A stretch of DNA of 64,000 nucleotides from an uncultured Gemmatimonadaceae bacterium (GTDB lineage: Bacteria; Gemmatimonadota; Gemmatimonadetes; Gemmatimonadales; Gemmatimonadaceae): positions 2,464,001 to 2,528,000 of the forward strand of contig CAVUDW010000003.1 of the NCBI GenBank assembly GCA_963740355.1. The letters are read 5' to 3'. Shown piece after piece: positions 39,666-49,280 of this stretch. Both the position numbers and the translations under genes were made by a program. The notes beneath the pieces were generated by a model that was given only the letters and a program-made list of their open reading frames with translations, did no database searches and was not told the DNA's origin. Within the stretch, counting starts at the first letter, position 1; each line of letters starts with the position of its first letter.

Positions 39666-40907
39666 ATGAACACGATCGCACTGGCAGTGCCCGCGGTTGT
39701 TGCGCTGGAGGTCCTGGCTGCCTGGGGACTGGCCTGGCTCTGTTGGCGACTCGGTACCCGTCGAAACCTGCTCGCGCTGCGCGATATATCACGTGCGTTC
39801 ATTGCGCTTGGTGCCGCAGCGCTGGTGCAGCTGATCGATATCGGCGGGCTGTCGAATGTCGAAATCGCCGCCCTCGACATCGCGCGATCAGCATCGATCT
39901 GGATGTACCTCGGCTTCATGGTGCTGGGCGCCGCCGAGCTCTCGACCAACAACTTCGTCACCGACAAGGTCAGGCGAGACGCGGTCTTCGGTGCCACGTT
40001 CGCTGGCTTGATGACTGCGGGCATCAGCCTGGTGGCGGCGCATGATGCGATTGCGCAGGACATGATCCGCAACGCACTGCGCGCCGGTGGTACGGGCGTG
40101 GCATGCCTGATCATTGCGCGAGTCGTGGCGCGGTCCCCATCGCCGCCACAGATGGTGTTGGGTGCGAGCGTAGTGCGTGTCGCACTGGCAATTGTCGCGG
40201 CGCTCGCGATCGTGCGCGCTGGCATCGCCATCTCGCACGGTTTCTCACCGACGGTCGATGGCATCGACTGGCGCCCGCTGCTCACGATTGAATTCCTCGC
40301 GCACTGCACACTCTGCGTGGGGCTCGTGATCTGGATGCTCGATCGTGACTGGGCGTTTGCCGATGCATCGATCATGTCCGCCGAGCATCGGGCCGCCAGT
40401 GATGCCCTCACCGGTCTGCCAAATCGCACGATCGTGATGGATCGACTCGACCAGGCGGTGAGCGCGGCGAAGCGGGCGGGCACCAATGTCGGCGTGTTGT
40501 ACATCGACCTCGATCAGTTCAAGGAAGTGAATGATCGTCATGGGCACCTGGCCGGCGATGATGTGCTGAAGGCGATTGGCGCGCGCCTACAGTCGCTGCT
40601 GCGTTCATCGGACACGGTAGGACGCATGGGTGGTGACGAATTCGTTGCCATCTCCCCATTCCTTCGCAGCAGCTCCGACCTCGAAGTCGTGATCAACAAG
40701 GTGCGCGAGGCTCTGCGGCACGTGGTCGTGCATGAGGGCGTCGAGATCGACGTCGATGGCAGCGTTGGCGCGGCCCTGTTCCCGCGTGACGGCGACACGC
40801 CCACCGCGTTGCTGGCGATCTCCGATAGTGAGCTCTATCGCGACAAGAGTGCCCGTCAGGTCGCGCGCCGATCCACCAGCGCTCGTCAGTCGATTCGACT
40901 GGCCTGA
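39666..40907 (+). CDS. Membrane-bound diguanylate cyclase (GGDEF)
   Basis: Hydrophobic N-terminal region; DALTGLPNR, DLDQFK.VND..GH..GD and RMGGDEF motifs. Confidence 0.92.
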   Translation: MNTIALAVPAVVALEVLAAWGLAWLCWRLGTRRNLLALRDISRAFIALGAAALVQLIDIGGLSNVEIAALDIARSASIWMYLGFMVLGAAELSTNNFVTDKVRRDAVFGATFAGLMTAGISLVAAHDAIAQDMIRNALRAGGTGVACLIIARVVARSPSPPQMVLGASVVRVALAIVAALAIVRAGIAISHGFSPTVDGIDWRPLLTIEFLAHCTLCVGLVIWMLDRDWAFADASIMSAEHRAASDALTGLPNRTIVMDRLDQAVSAAKRAGTNVGVLYIDLDQFKEVNDRHGHLAGDDVLKAIGARLQSLLRSSDTVGRMGGDEFVAISPFLRSSSDLEVVINKVREALRHVVVHEGVEIDVDGSVGAALFPRDGDTPTALLAISDSELYRDKSARQVARRSTSARQSIRLA

Positions 40908-40961
40908 CGAAACCTGGCGCGACGCAGGAACCGGCACTGCCTCGCGCGGTGTTGACCAGCT

Positions 40962-42581
40962 GTGACGAACGCACCTACCCGATCCACCCCATCATCGAGA
41001 CCTGCTCGCGACACCGGCGCCACGACACTGGTGTTCGTCGCGCCATGGGAGTGTTCTCGCGCCGTCGCACAGCTGCCGCGCACTCCTGACGACTCGATCA
41101 TCGTCTCCTTCATCGAGTCGGTGGACAAGGGGAGCGCGCTTCCCTGGCATCGACAGAAGCTGGTGCTGGTGCTGTCGGCGATGCGCCACTTCGCCGATGC
41201 GCTGATCGCCGCGGGATATCGCGTCGATTATCGCTCTGCGCCGAGTTATGAGGTTGGCATCGCGGCCGCGGCGGCGCAGCATGGCGTACAGCGCGTGGTT
41301 GCCACGGAAGGGCGCGAGCAACAGATGGCCGAAGAGCTGGAGCACGTCGGTTACGCGCTGCAGGCGCTCGGTGTGCCGCTCGAGCTGCGACCTGATCGCG
41401 GCTTCCTCGCCACCCGTGAGGAGTTTTCTCGGTGGTCGAAAGGCAAGAAGGAACTCCGCATGGAGTTCTTCTATCGTGAGATGCGTCGGAAGCATGGCAT
41501 CCTGATCGAGCCGGATGGCAAGCCGACCGGTGGCGAGTGGAATTTTGACGCCGACAACCGCAAGCCGTGGCCAAAGACGCTACCGGTGCCGGAGCGGATG
41601 ACCTTCACACCTGATCAGGTCACGCGCGACATCATGGCGCGGGTGAACGGTTGGAAGGGTCGCTGGGCCTCGAGCGAGGGTTTCTCGCTGCCCGTCACTC
41701 GCGCTGATGCCAAGCTGCTGCTCGAACGCTTCGTGACCGAGCGCCTGCCGCAGTTCGGCCCGTACGAAGACGCGATGCAGCATGGCCACAGCGACTTGCT
41801 GCACTCGACACTCGCGTCCGCGATCAACGTTGGACTGTTGCACCCACTCGAGGTGGTGCAGCGGGCGGAGCGCGCCTACCGCGAGGGCCACGTCGAGTTG
41901 CCGAGCGCGGAGGGATTCATTCGCCAGATCCTTGGCTGGCGCGAGTACGTACGCGGCATCTACTGGCACCAGATGCCCGGCCTGCGCGAGGCCAACGCCC
42001 TCGATGCCTGGCTGCCGTTACCGATGTGGTTCTGGGCACCGGATGGAGAAGCGGGTTACGACGACAAGCCCGCATCAGCGCCCTGCGAGATGCGTTGCCT
42101 CAACGACACGATCCGCTCCGTGCGCGACACGGGTCGAGTGCATCACATCCCGCGCCTGATGGTGCAGGCGAACTTCGCGACGCTGCTCGGTGTCACCCCG
42201 GCCGCCCTCAATCGCTGGTTCTGGGCGGGCTTCACCGACGCCTACGAGTGGGTCACCCTCCCCAACGTCGTCGGCATGGCCACCTGGGGCGACGGCGGCG
42301 TGATGGCCTCCAAGCCCTACGTCGCGAGTGGTGCGTACATCAACCGCATGAGCAACTACTGCGGCGAGTGTCGCTACGACGTGAAGAAGAAGGACGGTGA
42401 CGATGCCTGTCCAATGAACATCCTCTACTGGGACTTCCTCGCTCGTCACCGCGAACGTTTCGCGAATCATCCGCGGATGGCGATGATGATTCGCAACCTC
42501 GATCGCATTCCATCCGCCGAGCTAGTCCAACTCCGCCGCGCCGCAACCACCTTTCGCGACTCGATCAGCTACGACACGTAG
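40962..42581 (+). CDS. Cryptochrome/photolyase family protein, FeS-BCP ((6-4) photolyase PhrB/CryB-like)
   Basis: HRQKLVL.LSAMRHFA, MEFFYR.MR, P.GGEWNFD.DNR, EGFIRQILGWREY and HHIPRLM motifs; Cys set C..., YCGECRY and ACP. Confidence 0.9.
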   Translation: MTNAPTRSTPSSRPARDTGATTLVFVAPWECSRAVAQLPRTPDDSIIVSFIESVDKGSALPWHRQKLVLVLSAMRHFADALIAAGYRVDYRSAPSYEVGIAAAAAQHGVQRVVATEGREQQMAEELEHVGYALQALGVPLELRPDRGFLATREEFSRWSKGKKELRMEFFYREMRRKHGILIEPDGKPTGGEWNFDADNRKPWPKTLPVPERMTFTPDQVTRDIMARVNGWKGRWASSEGFSLPVTRADAKLLLERFVTERLPQFGPYEDAMQHGHSDLLHSTLASAINVGLLHPLEVVQRAERAYREGHVELPSAEGFIRQILGWREYVRGIYWHQMPGLREANALDAWLPLPMWFWAPDGEAGYDDKPASAPCEMRCLNDTIRSVRDTGRVHHIPRLMVQANFATLLGVTPAALNRWFWAGFTDAYEWVTLPNVVGMATWGDGGVMASKPYVASGAYINRMSNYCGECRYDVKKKDGDDACPMNILYWDFLARHRERFANHPRMAMMIRNLDRIPSAELVQLRRAATTFRDSISYDT

Positions 42582-42703
42582 TGCTGGATTGCGTGACGAG
42601 CAAGCGCTGGGAAGCACGACTGCTTTGATCTGGTGCAGTACTGCACCCCCGCGAGTGCATCATTTTCGTCCCGGATAACGCCACGACCGTGTGCAGTACA
42701 CTG

Positions 42704-42787
42704 GGCGAAAGCGCAGCGTCGCCGCGCCGATTGCTGCGCTACTCCGCGGCTCCGCGTCCCCCGCGGCTCCGCGTGAGGACGTGTGGA
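42704..42787. repeat. Family 2 REP-like single arm
   Basis: ggcgaaagcgcagcgtcgcc...ctccgcgtcccccgcggctccgcgtgagga matches 55538..55612. Confidence 0.8.
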
Positions 42788-42815
42788 AGTCACTCGCCGA
42801 CACGGCGCCAAGTCT

Positions 42816-44060
42816 TCAGTGCTCGGAGCCAGAACTGCGACGTAGCTCTTTCGGCAGCCGTTCCACGACGGAAGGCGAGTCGAGTGCGTCCGCGTTTGCT
42901 GGGCCCGCACCAAGATCGGTGAAGCGGCGCGCGGCGACGAGGACGCGGGCGTCGAACGAACCAACCGCCTTGTTGTAGCGTGTCACGGCTTGATCGAGTG
43001 AGGTGCCGACATCAGCCAGATGTGATGTGAACACGGCCAGTCGTTCCGACAATTCGCGGCCGAGTGCACTCACCTGTGCGGCGCTTTCGGCGACGCGCTC
43101 CTGGCGCCAGCCATAGGCCGCGGCGCGAAGGAGCGCGATCAGCGTGGTTGGTGACGCGATCAGGACACGTTGCGCGACGCCCGCTTCGAGCAGCGATGGA
43201 TCGCGTTCCAGCGCGGCGGCGTGGAAGGCTTCGCCGGGCAGGAACAGCACCACGAACTCCGGCGCATGTTCGAACTGCCGCCAGTAATTGCGATCGCTGA
43301 GCGCGTTGATGTGGCCGCGGAGCTGCTTCGCGTGCCGATCCAGTGCCGCGATGCGCGTCGGTTCGTCGGTCGCGTCCATCGCCGCCAGGTAGCCTTCCAG
43401 CGGGGCCTTTGCATCGACAACGATCGATGAGCCCCCTGGCAGGCGCACCACCATGTCGGGGCGCTGCACACCATCGTCGGTCTGCATCGTGAGCTGCGTC
43501 ACGAAGTCGCAGTACTCCAGCATTCCGGCCAATTCGACCACCCGCTGCAGCTGCAGTTCGCCCCACCGCCCGCGTGAAGACGGTGCACGCAGCGCCTGCA
43601 CCAAATCGCGCGTCTCGCGCCCCAGTCGATCGCTGACGCTGTGCACCTGCAGCAAGCGCTCGGCCACCTGCCCAAGTGCCTCGGTGCGATCGCGATCGAG
43701 TTGTGTCAGTCTCGTGTCATACGACGAAAGCAGCTCTCGCACCGGCTGCAGCAGCATCGCAATCGTCTGCTCACGCTGCTCGGCATGCGCCGCACCATCC
43801 GCCTGCAGCGCGGTGAGCTCGGCGCGCGTCGAGGTCAGAAACGCTTCCTGCGAGTGCCGCAGTGCATCGGCCGCGATCGTCTCGAACGTCGCCCGCATCG
43901 TCTGCTGCGCCTCACCCAGCGCGGCCACCTGCGCGCTATTCGTCGCCACCAACCCCGCCCGCTCCGCCGCCGCCACCCGTCGCGCTGCCACCCACATCAT
44001 CACGCCGCCGAGCACCAGCCCCGCGATGAACACTCCCAGCAGCATCAACGAATCAGTCAC
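42816..44060 (-). CDS. rmuC: DNA recombination protein RmuC
   Basis: N-terminal TM and coiled coil; RGRWGE.QL.RV.E.AG, RPD.VV.LP, VDAKAP, FVVLFLPGE and SPTTLIALL motifs. Confidence 0.93.
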   Translation of the reverse strand: MTDSLMLLGVFIAGLVLGGVMMWVAARRVAAAERAGLVATNSAQVAALGEAQQTMRATFETIAADALRHSQEAFLTSTRAELTALQADGAAHAEQREQTIAMLLQPVRELLSSYDTRLTQLDRDRTEALGQVAERLLQVHSVSDRLGRETRDLVQALRAPSSRGRWGELQLQRVVELAGMLEYCDFVTQLTMQTDDGVQRPDMVVRLPGGSSIVVDAKAPLEGYLAAMDATDEPTRIAALDRHAKQLRGHINALSDRNYWRQFEHAPEFVVLFLPGEAFHAAALERDPSLLEAGVAQRVLIASPTTLIALLRAAAYGWRQERVAESAAQVSALGRELSERLAVFTSHLADVGTSLDQAVTRYNKAVGSFDARVLVAARRFTDLGAGPANADALDSPSVVERLPKELRRSSGSEH

Positions 44061-44081
44061 ACATCACTCGGCCTTGAAGGC

Positions 44082-44577
44082 GACAGCGAATCGCAGAGGC
44101 GCAAAGGCGCAGAGAGACGCAGAGGAACTGCAACTGCATAACGCAGAACAGAACAGCCGCAGAAGGGAACCGTCGCAGAACCGCAACTGCAACTGCAACT
44201 GCGGAACTGCCTTGACGCAAAACAGCTTGGGGTGCGGCAACAACCGCAAAACTGCGAACAGCCGCAAAACTTCTCGCGTAGGGCGAATCGTCAGTGAGCG
44301 CGAGTCCCAGATTTTTTGGGGGAACAACGCGCCCACCGATCATCCGCTTCCGAAGCCCTTTACCAAAGCAGTGGCAGTTGCTCTTGCCGTTCCTCTGCGT
44401 CTCTGCGCCTTTGCGTTTCGCAGTTGCCGTTTTGCGGCAGTCGGAGTTCCCCGCGGCCGTCGCCGTACCGCAGTCTTCCGTTTTGCGTCAAAGCAGTTCG
44501 CAGGTGCGGTTGCAGTTCTGCGGCTGTTCCGTTCCGCGGCTGTTCAGTTCTGCGTTAAGGCAGTTGAAGATCTTGAA
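44082..44577. repeat. Family 1 bipartite inverted-repeat element
   Basis: A-rich arm 44082..44272, core on the minus strand at about 44308..44375, T-rich arm to 44577. Confidence 0.88.
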
Positions 44578-44593
44578 GCATTGTGGAACAGAA

Positions 44594-45376
44594 CTACTTG
44601 CCGATGTACGGAAGCAGTGCGCCGATCATTGGAACGGCTGCATAGCGACGCTTGCCGAGCACTCCGCCGATGGTCAGGCGGACGTAGGCGCCTTTGAGGC
44701 CGAGTTCGGGGGCGCCGACGACCTGTTCCGGGCCGGAGCGCCACTTCGTGTCGCCGAGCGTCGACATGTAGCCGGCGCGGAGACCGACGGACATCAGCAG
44801 GTTCGGCCACTGCGGCTGGAAGATGCGATCGAGGCCGACACCAACATGGCCTTGATAGCGGCGCGCGGTGATGTCGATGTTGCGGCCACCCACCGACGAG
44901 ATGTCACGGAAATTGGTGATGAAGTCCACCGCACCATTCCGTCGCAGCGTCACCGTCGTGTTGCTGAGGCCAACACCGGCCAGCGGGTAGATCAGCGTCT
45001 TCTTCGCCAGCACGATCGGGATGCCGAGGTCCAGTGCGCCGTAGGCACCGCTCGTCTCCGTCGTGTAGTTCGTCGCCGCGGCGCGGTTGGGGAAATACGT
45101 GTGGCTGCCCGCCAGCACCATGATGCGATCCCAGCGCATCCAGGTCTCGACGCCGAGTGTCAGCAGGTTCTTCTTCAGCAGCCCGCGACCTTGCAGTGAC
45201 AGCTGGTCGTTGAAGGCCTTGCTATCGAAGCCGATTTGGCCGAACTGAATGCTGATGCCAGAAACGGGCGGAAGCACCGAAGTGTCCGCAGAGATCCCCT
45301 GTGCCGCCAGGACACCGGCGGTCGCTGTGAGGGCGAGCACGGTGCCGACGGCGCGGCGGAGCGATGTGGCGATCAT
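44594..45376 (-). CDS. Exported hypothetical protein, probable outer-membrane beta-barrel
   Basis: Signal peptide (..LAAQ) and alternating amphipathic strands; ATG overlaps the VKOR stop. Confidence 0.65.
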   Translation of the reverse strand: MIATSLRRAVGTVLALTATAGVLAAQGISADTSVLPPVSGISIQFGQIGFDSKAFNDQLSLQGRGLLKKNLLTLGVETWMRWDRIMVLAGSHTYFPNRAAATNYTTETSGAYGALDLGIPIVLAKKTLIYPLAGVGLSNTTVTLRRNGAVDFITNFRDISSVGGRNIDITARRYQGHVGVGLDRIFQPQWPNLLMSVGLRAGYMSTLGDTKWRSGPEQVVGAPELGLKGAYVRLTIGGVLGKRRYAAVPMIGALLPYIGK

Positions 45377-45849
45377 GTCGGTTCTTGAATCGGTTCTTGA
45401 ATGGGGGATCCCGTCCTGGGCAGCGCTCGCACCCGACGCCAGTCGAGTGTGACGAGGATGGCGTCCAGCGTAATCGCCACCGCCGACACGGCACACCACG
45501 GACAGAATGACTTGAGGATGATGAATTCAGCGTACTTCAGCCGCAGCGTGAAAATCACTGCGCTGTAAATCAACACCATCAACACCGTCGTAGGCCACGT
45601 CGCATTCTCGAACGCTTCGGTCGTGCCCGCCAGCGCGACCACCACCACCGTGGCATAGCCGATCGCGCCGATGAGGGCGACGTCCACCCCCATGAACCAG
45701 CCGTAGCGACTGCCCTGCACGTATTCGCACCCATGGCTGTCGCCCACACAGCCCAGTCGGCCCATGTACCCCATCTTCCAGAGCGCCAGATACAGCGCCA
45801 CCATGCAGGAGGCGAGGCTGATGAGGGCGATCAGTCGGCGGTAACTCAT
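45373..45849 (-). CDS. Vitamin K epoxide reductase (VKOR) family disulfide-formation protein
   Basis: C....GC..V..S.Y loop, G+.VA..G and FCPWC motifs; 4 TM helices. Confidence 0.9.
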   Translation of the reverse strand: MSYRRLIALISLASCMVALYLALWKMGYMGRLGCVGDSHGCEYVQGSRYGWFMGVDVALIGAIGYATVVVVALAGTTEAFENATWPTTVLMVLIYSAVIFTLRLKYAEFIILKSFCPWCAVSAVAITLDAILVTLDWRRVRALPRTGSPIQEPIQEPT

Positions 45850-46104
45850 GTCGGGGGGCGGAGGGTCCGGAGGTCGGTCATCGGGGCATGATGTACCGTA
45901 CGAGGTGCGCCCGCTACTCCCGGGGCGTCGCCTGGCGTACCCTTCTGCTGTGGCAGGGATCGCCGGTGGCCTCTCGGATGTCACGTTGGAGGGCTGTAAC
46001 CGTCTTCCAATGGATGAGTCCGGACCCGATCAATAGGTTCGGGTTGGGGTATATCTGCCATCGGGGCCTGGCCCCGCGTTCTTCTCCCTGGAGTCTGAAT
46101 CTCG

Positions 46105-46857
46105 ATGCGCGCTACGAACCCAGTCCTGTCCCGCCTCGCCGAGGCGGCTCGCGACACCCTTTCGACCACCGCACGCGGCGACGCGATGACCCGGGCCGGC
46201 ACCGCCGGCAAGTCCATCGTCCTGCTCGCCTTGTGCGCCTTCTCGGCGTCCTTCACCTGGTCGCAGGTCGCTGCCGGCAACACCGGCATCGTCATGCCGG
46301 CCCTGCTGGTGGGTGGTCTCGGCGGCTTCATCATGGCGATGGTCGTCTCGTTCAAGCCCAACACCGCCCCGATCACGGCTCCCATCTACGCCGTGCTCGA
46401 AGGTCTCGTGCTGGGCGCGATCTCGGCACTCTACAACCTCAAGTACGCGGGCCTGCCACAGCAGGCCGTGCTGCTGACCTTTGCCGTCGCACTCGGTGTG
46501 TTCACGCTCTACCGCATGAACATCCTCAAGGCGACCGAGGGCTTCCGACGGATGGTCGTCGGTGCCACGATCGGCATCGCCGTGTTCTACCTGATCAACA
46601 TCGTGCTCTCGTTGTTCAACGTGAACATGGGTTACACGATGTCGTCGAGCCCGATTGCGATCGGCATCAACCTCGTCATCGCCGGCGTGGCCGCGATGAA
46701 CCTGGTGCTGAACTTCGACGACATCGATCAGGCCGTGCGGATGGGCGCGCCGAAGAAGATGGAGTGGTATGGCGCCTTCGGTCTGATGGTGACGCTGGTC
46801 TGGCTCTATCTCGAGTTGTTGCGACTGCTGTCTCGTATGCAGGGCGGCCGGAAGTAA
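46105..46857 (+). CDS. Bax inhibitor-1/YccA family membrane protein
   Basis: YAVLEGL.LG.IS, QAVLLT and GAPK.MEWY.AFGL.VTLVWLY.E.LRLL motifs. Confidence 0.88.
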   Translation: MRATNPVLSRLAEAARDTLSTTARGDAMTRAGTAGKSIVLLALCAFSASFTWSQVAAGNTGIVMPALLVGGLGGFIMAMVVSFKPNTAPITAPIYAVLEGLVLGAISALYNLKYAGLPQQAVLLTFAVALGVFTLYRMNILKATEGFRRMVVGATIGIAVFYLINIVLSLFNVNMGYTMSSSPIAIGINLVIAGVAAMNLVLNFDDIDQAVRMGAPKKMEWYGAFGLMVTLVWLYLELLRLLSRMQGGRK

Positions 46858-46889
46858 TCGCAAGCCGCTCACACGTAGTCGAGTACGGC

Positions 46890-46920
46890 AACGGGCGCTC
46901 CTTCGGGGGCGCCCGTTTTT
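46890..46920 (+). terminator. Intrinsic terminator
   Basis: aacgggcgctcc-ttcg-ggggcgcccg-ttttt. Confidence 0.85.
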
Positions 46921-47041
46921 CCGTGGGGTCTCTGCTTAAAACATCAGAGGTCTTCCGCACGCGACCAAATGGGCGCATCGTCGAAGAGGGCTACTCCGGA
47001 CAATAGGGTCCGAACGCCTGCCGCGCCGAAGCGGAGGACCA

Positions 47042-47515
47042 ATGAATCGTCGATCAATCACCCGGCTGAAGCCACTCCTGATGCCGGGATTCAGTGCCAT
47101 GCTCGCGTTGTTGTCTCTCACCTCCGCGCCGCTCACTGCGCGCGCGATGGGCCACGCACTCGCCAAATGGAGCGCCGAACTCGCGCCGCCCGGCGGTGTG
47201 ATGGGCCCCCATGGTTCGGTCGTCGTCGAACCAGGCAACAAGCCCAATCACACCCGTGTGCGCGTCGTGATCAGCGGTGACACACCCGGTGCGCTCAGAC
47301 CGTGGCACCTGCATTCCGGTGTCTGTGGTGAACAAGCCCCGATCGTCGGCCCCGAACAGTCGTACGCCCGCATCCGCATCAACGCCCGCGGCAACGGCGT
47401 CGCCGTCATCGACCTGCCCATTCCCTTCCCTGAAGCGGGCGCGTTGTTCGTCAACGTGCACGAATCATTGAAAGCGATGGAAAACATCGTGACCTGCGGG
47501 CAATTGGCGCGCTGA
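47042..47515 (+). CDS. Exported CHRD/Cu-Zn-SOD-like fold protein
   Basis: Signal peptide; PWHLHSGVC and FVNVH...CG.L motifs. Confidence 0.6.
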   Translation: MNRRSITRLKPLLMPGFSAMLALLSLTSAPLTARAMGHALAKWSAELAPPGGVMGPHGSVVVEPGNKPNHTRVRVVISGDTPGALRPWHLHSGVCGEQAPIVGPEQSYARIRINARGNGVAVIDLPIPFPEAGALFVNVHESLKAMENIVTCGQLAR

Positions 47516-47569
47516 TCTCCTCCGGGTTCTCCGCTGTTCCTCTCGCAGTTGCGGTTCGTGCTCGTCGCG

Positions 47570-48302
47570 AACTACAACTGCGAATCGTTTCTGGGTACTG
47601 AAGCGGCGAACTGCAACTGCGAACTGCAACTGCAACTGCAATGGGGGGGGAGGCCACGGAGCTCACGGAGTGCTCCGGTAGCAACCGTCGTACAACCGCT
47701 GCCTTCCTGGCATTGAAGGGAACTGCAACTGCGAACTGCAATGGGGGGGGAAGGCCACGGAGCTCACGGAGTGCTCCGGTAGCAACCGTCGTACAACCGC
47801 TGCCTTCCTGGCATTGAAGGGAACTGCAACTGCGAACTGCAATGGGGGGGAAGGCCACGGAGCTCACGGAGTGCTCAGGTAGCAACCGAGGTACACCTGC
47901 CGCCTTTCGGGCATTGAGGGGAACTACGAGGTGTGGGTCGGCGGCTGTGGCTGTTCCCTCAACAGCTATGCATCGCGAAGCACAAATGGTTGCCAGCCGA
48001 GCACTCCGTGAGCTCCGTGGCCTCCCCCCCATTGCAGTTGCAGTTGCTGTTCCTCAAAAACTCTCGCGAAGCACCAACGGCCGGAAGCCGAGCACTCCGT
48101 GAGCTCCGTGGCCTCCCCCCCATTGCAGTTGCAGTTGCTGTTCCTCAAAAACGCTCGCGAAGCACTGACGCTCGAATGCCGAGCACTCCGTGAGCTCCGT
48201 GGCCTCCCCCCCATTGCAGTTGCAGTTGCTCTTCCTGAAAATCGCTCGCGAAGCACCAACGGCCGGAAGCCGAGCACTCCGGAAAACCGAATTGCAGTTG
48301 CC
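47570..48302. repeat. Mirror-image tandem arrays: 3x~100 bp facing 3x91 bp, sharing an inverted ~45-nt core
   Basis: aactgcaatggggggg(a)aggccacggagctcacggagtgctc at about 47652, 47753 and 47853; reverse complement at 47999, 48090 and 48181, partial at 48272. Confidence 0.9.
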
Positions 48303-48373
48303 GTTTGGTCGCTCCGCTAACTTGAAGTGCGCTGCATCCGGCGCCACGAACCAGAGCCTACAACTGCAGCCGC

Positions 48374-49273
48374 GTGCGATCAGCGTCCCGTTTCGTCTTT
48401 TTGGTCAACGCCGCCGCCGGGACGGGGAAGGCGCCGAAGCGACTGGACGAATTGCTCGGCAAATATCCGGCGATCGCCGCCCGCGCGCGCATCGTCCGCA
48501 GCTCGTCGGCGGCCGAGCTGGATGCGACGCTGCGACTGGATGACGACGAGGTGCCGGTTGCGGTGGGTGGCGATGGGTCGATGAATGCGCTGGTCACACT
48601 GCTCGACCGACGCGGCGAGTTGCAGCGAACGCTGGCGCTGGTGCCATTCGGGACCGGCAATGCGACCGCACACACGCTCGGCCTGCGCTCGGCGGAGATC
48701 GCGTTCGGGGCGCTGGAACGCGGCGTCACCGGCTCGATCGACATCATGCGCACCTCGATCCCCGCAGCGCCGATCGCACTCGTCAGCTGCAGCACCGGCT
48801 TCGAGTCGAACTTCCTCAAGCGCTACGCCGCACTCCGGTACTCATCGAAGCAGTGGGCCGGCGTCAGCGCCTTGATGCTCAACGTGCCGAAGCGATTCAG
48901 CGGCGTGTCACTCTCGATCGACGGCACCGAGTGGGTGCACCCGACCGAGATGATGCACAACGTCGGCGTCTACAACATCCCGCACTACGCCTTCGGCAAG
49001 GTGATGTGGCGCGGCATGCTGGCTGACGATGGTCTCGCCATCGCCGCTGCTGTGACGTCGCCACTCTGGTACTGGAACCTGATGGCGCTCGGCGTCAACG
49101 CACCGCTCGAGCACAACACCTCCGAGACCCGACTGCCGGGGGTGCGCACCATTCGCTGGCACACCGCCGAACTCCGCTCGCCGCTGCGGCTGCAAATCGA
49201 TGGTGAATCGATCGATGCGAACGAAACGACACTGGTCGTCGACTCGCGCGCGGTGACCGCAATTCGCGCATAG
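48374..49273 (+). CDS. Diacylglycerol/lipid kinase family protein (YegS/DAGK)
   Basis: LVNAAAG, VGGDGS, PFGTGNA and QIDGE motifs. Confidence 0.85.
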   Translation: MRSASRFVFLVNAAAGTGKAPKRLDELLGKYPAIAARARIVRSSSAAELDATLRLDDDEVPVAVGGDGSMNALVTLLDRRGELQRTLALVPFGTGNATAHTLGLRSAEIAFGALERGVTGSIDIMRTSIPAAPIALVSCSTGFESNFLKRYAALRYSSKQWAGVSALMLNVPKRFSGVSLSIDGTEWVHPTEMMHNVGVYNIPHYAFGKVMWRGMLADDGLAIAAAVTSPLWYWNLMALGVNAPLEHNTSETRLPGVRTIRWHTAELRSPLRLQIDGESIDANETTLVVDSRAVTAIRA

Positions 49274-49280
49274 CTCGGTG

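Noticed and set aside
42816..44060. RmuC as the mobiliser of the flanking repeats
   Set aside because: Repeats flank many unrelated genes here, so adjacency is uninformative; RmuC is a widespread conserved gene
45379..45402. 12-bp duplication giving IQEPIQEP at the VKOR C-terminus
   Set aside because: Trivial local duplication with no evidence of function
47570..48302. CRISPR array
   Set aside because: Spacers are copies of each other, the two halves are inverted, and no cas genes are present
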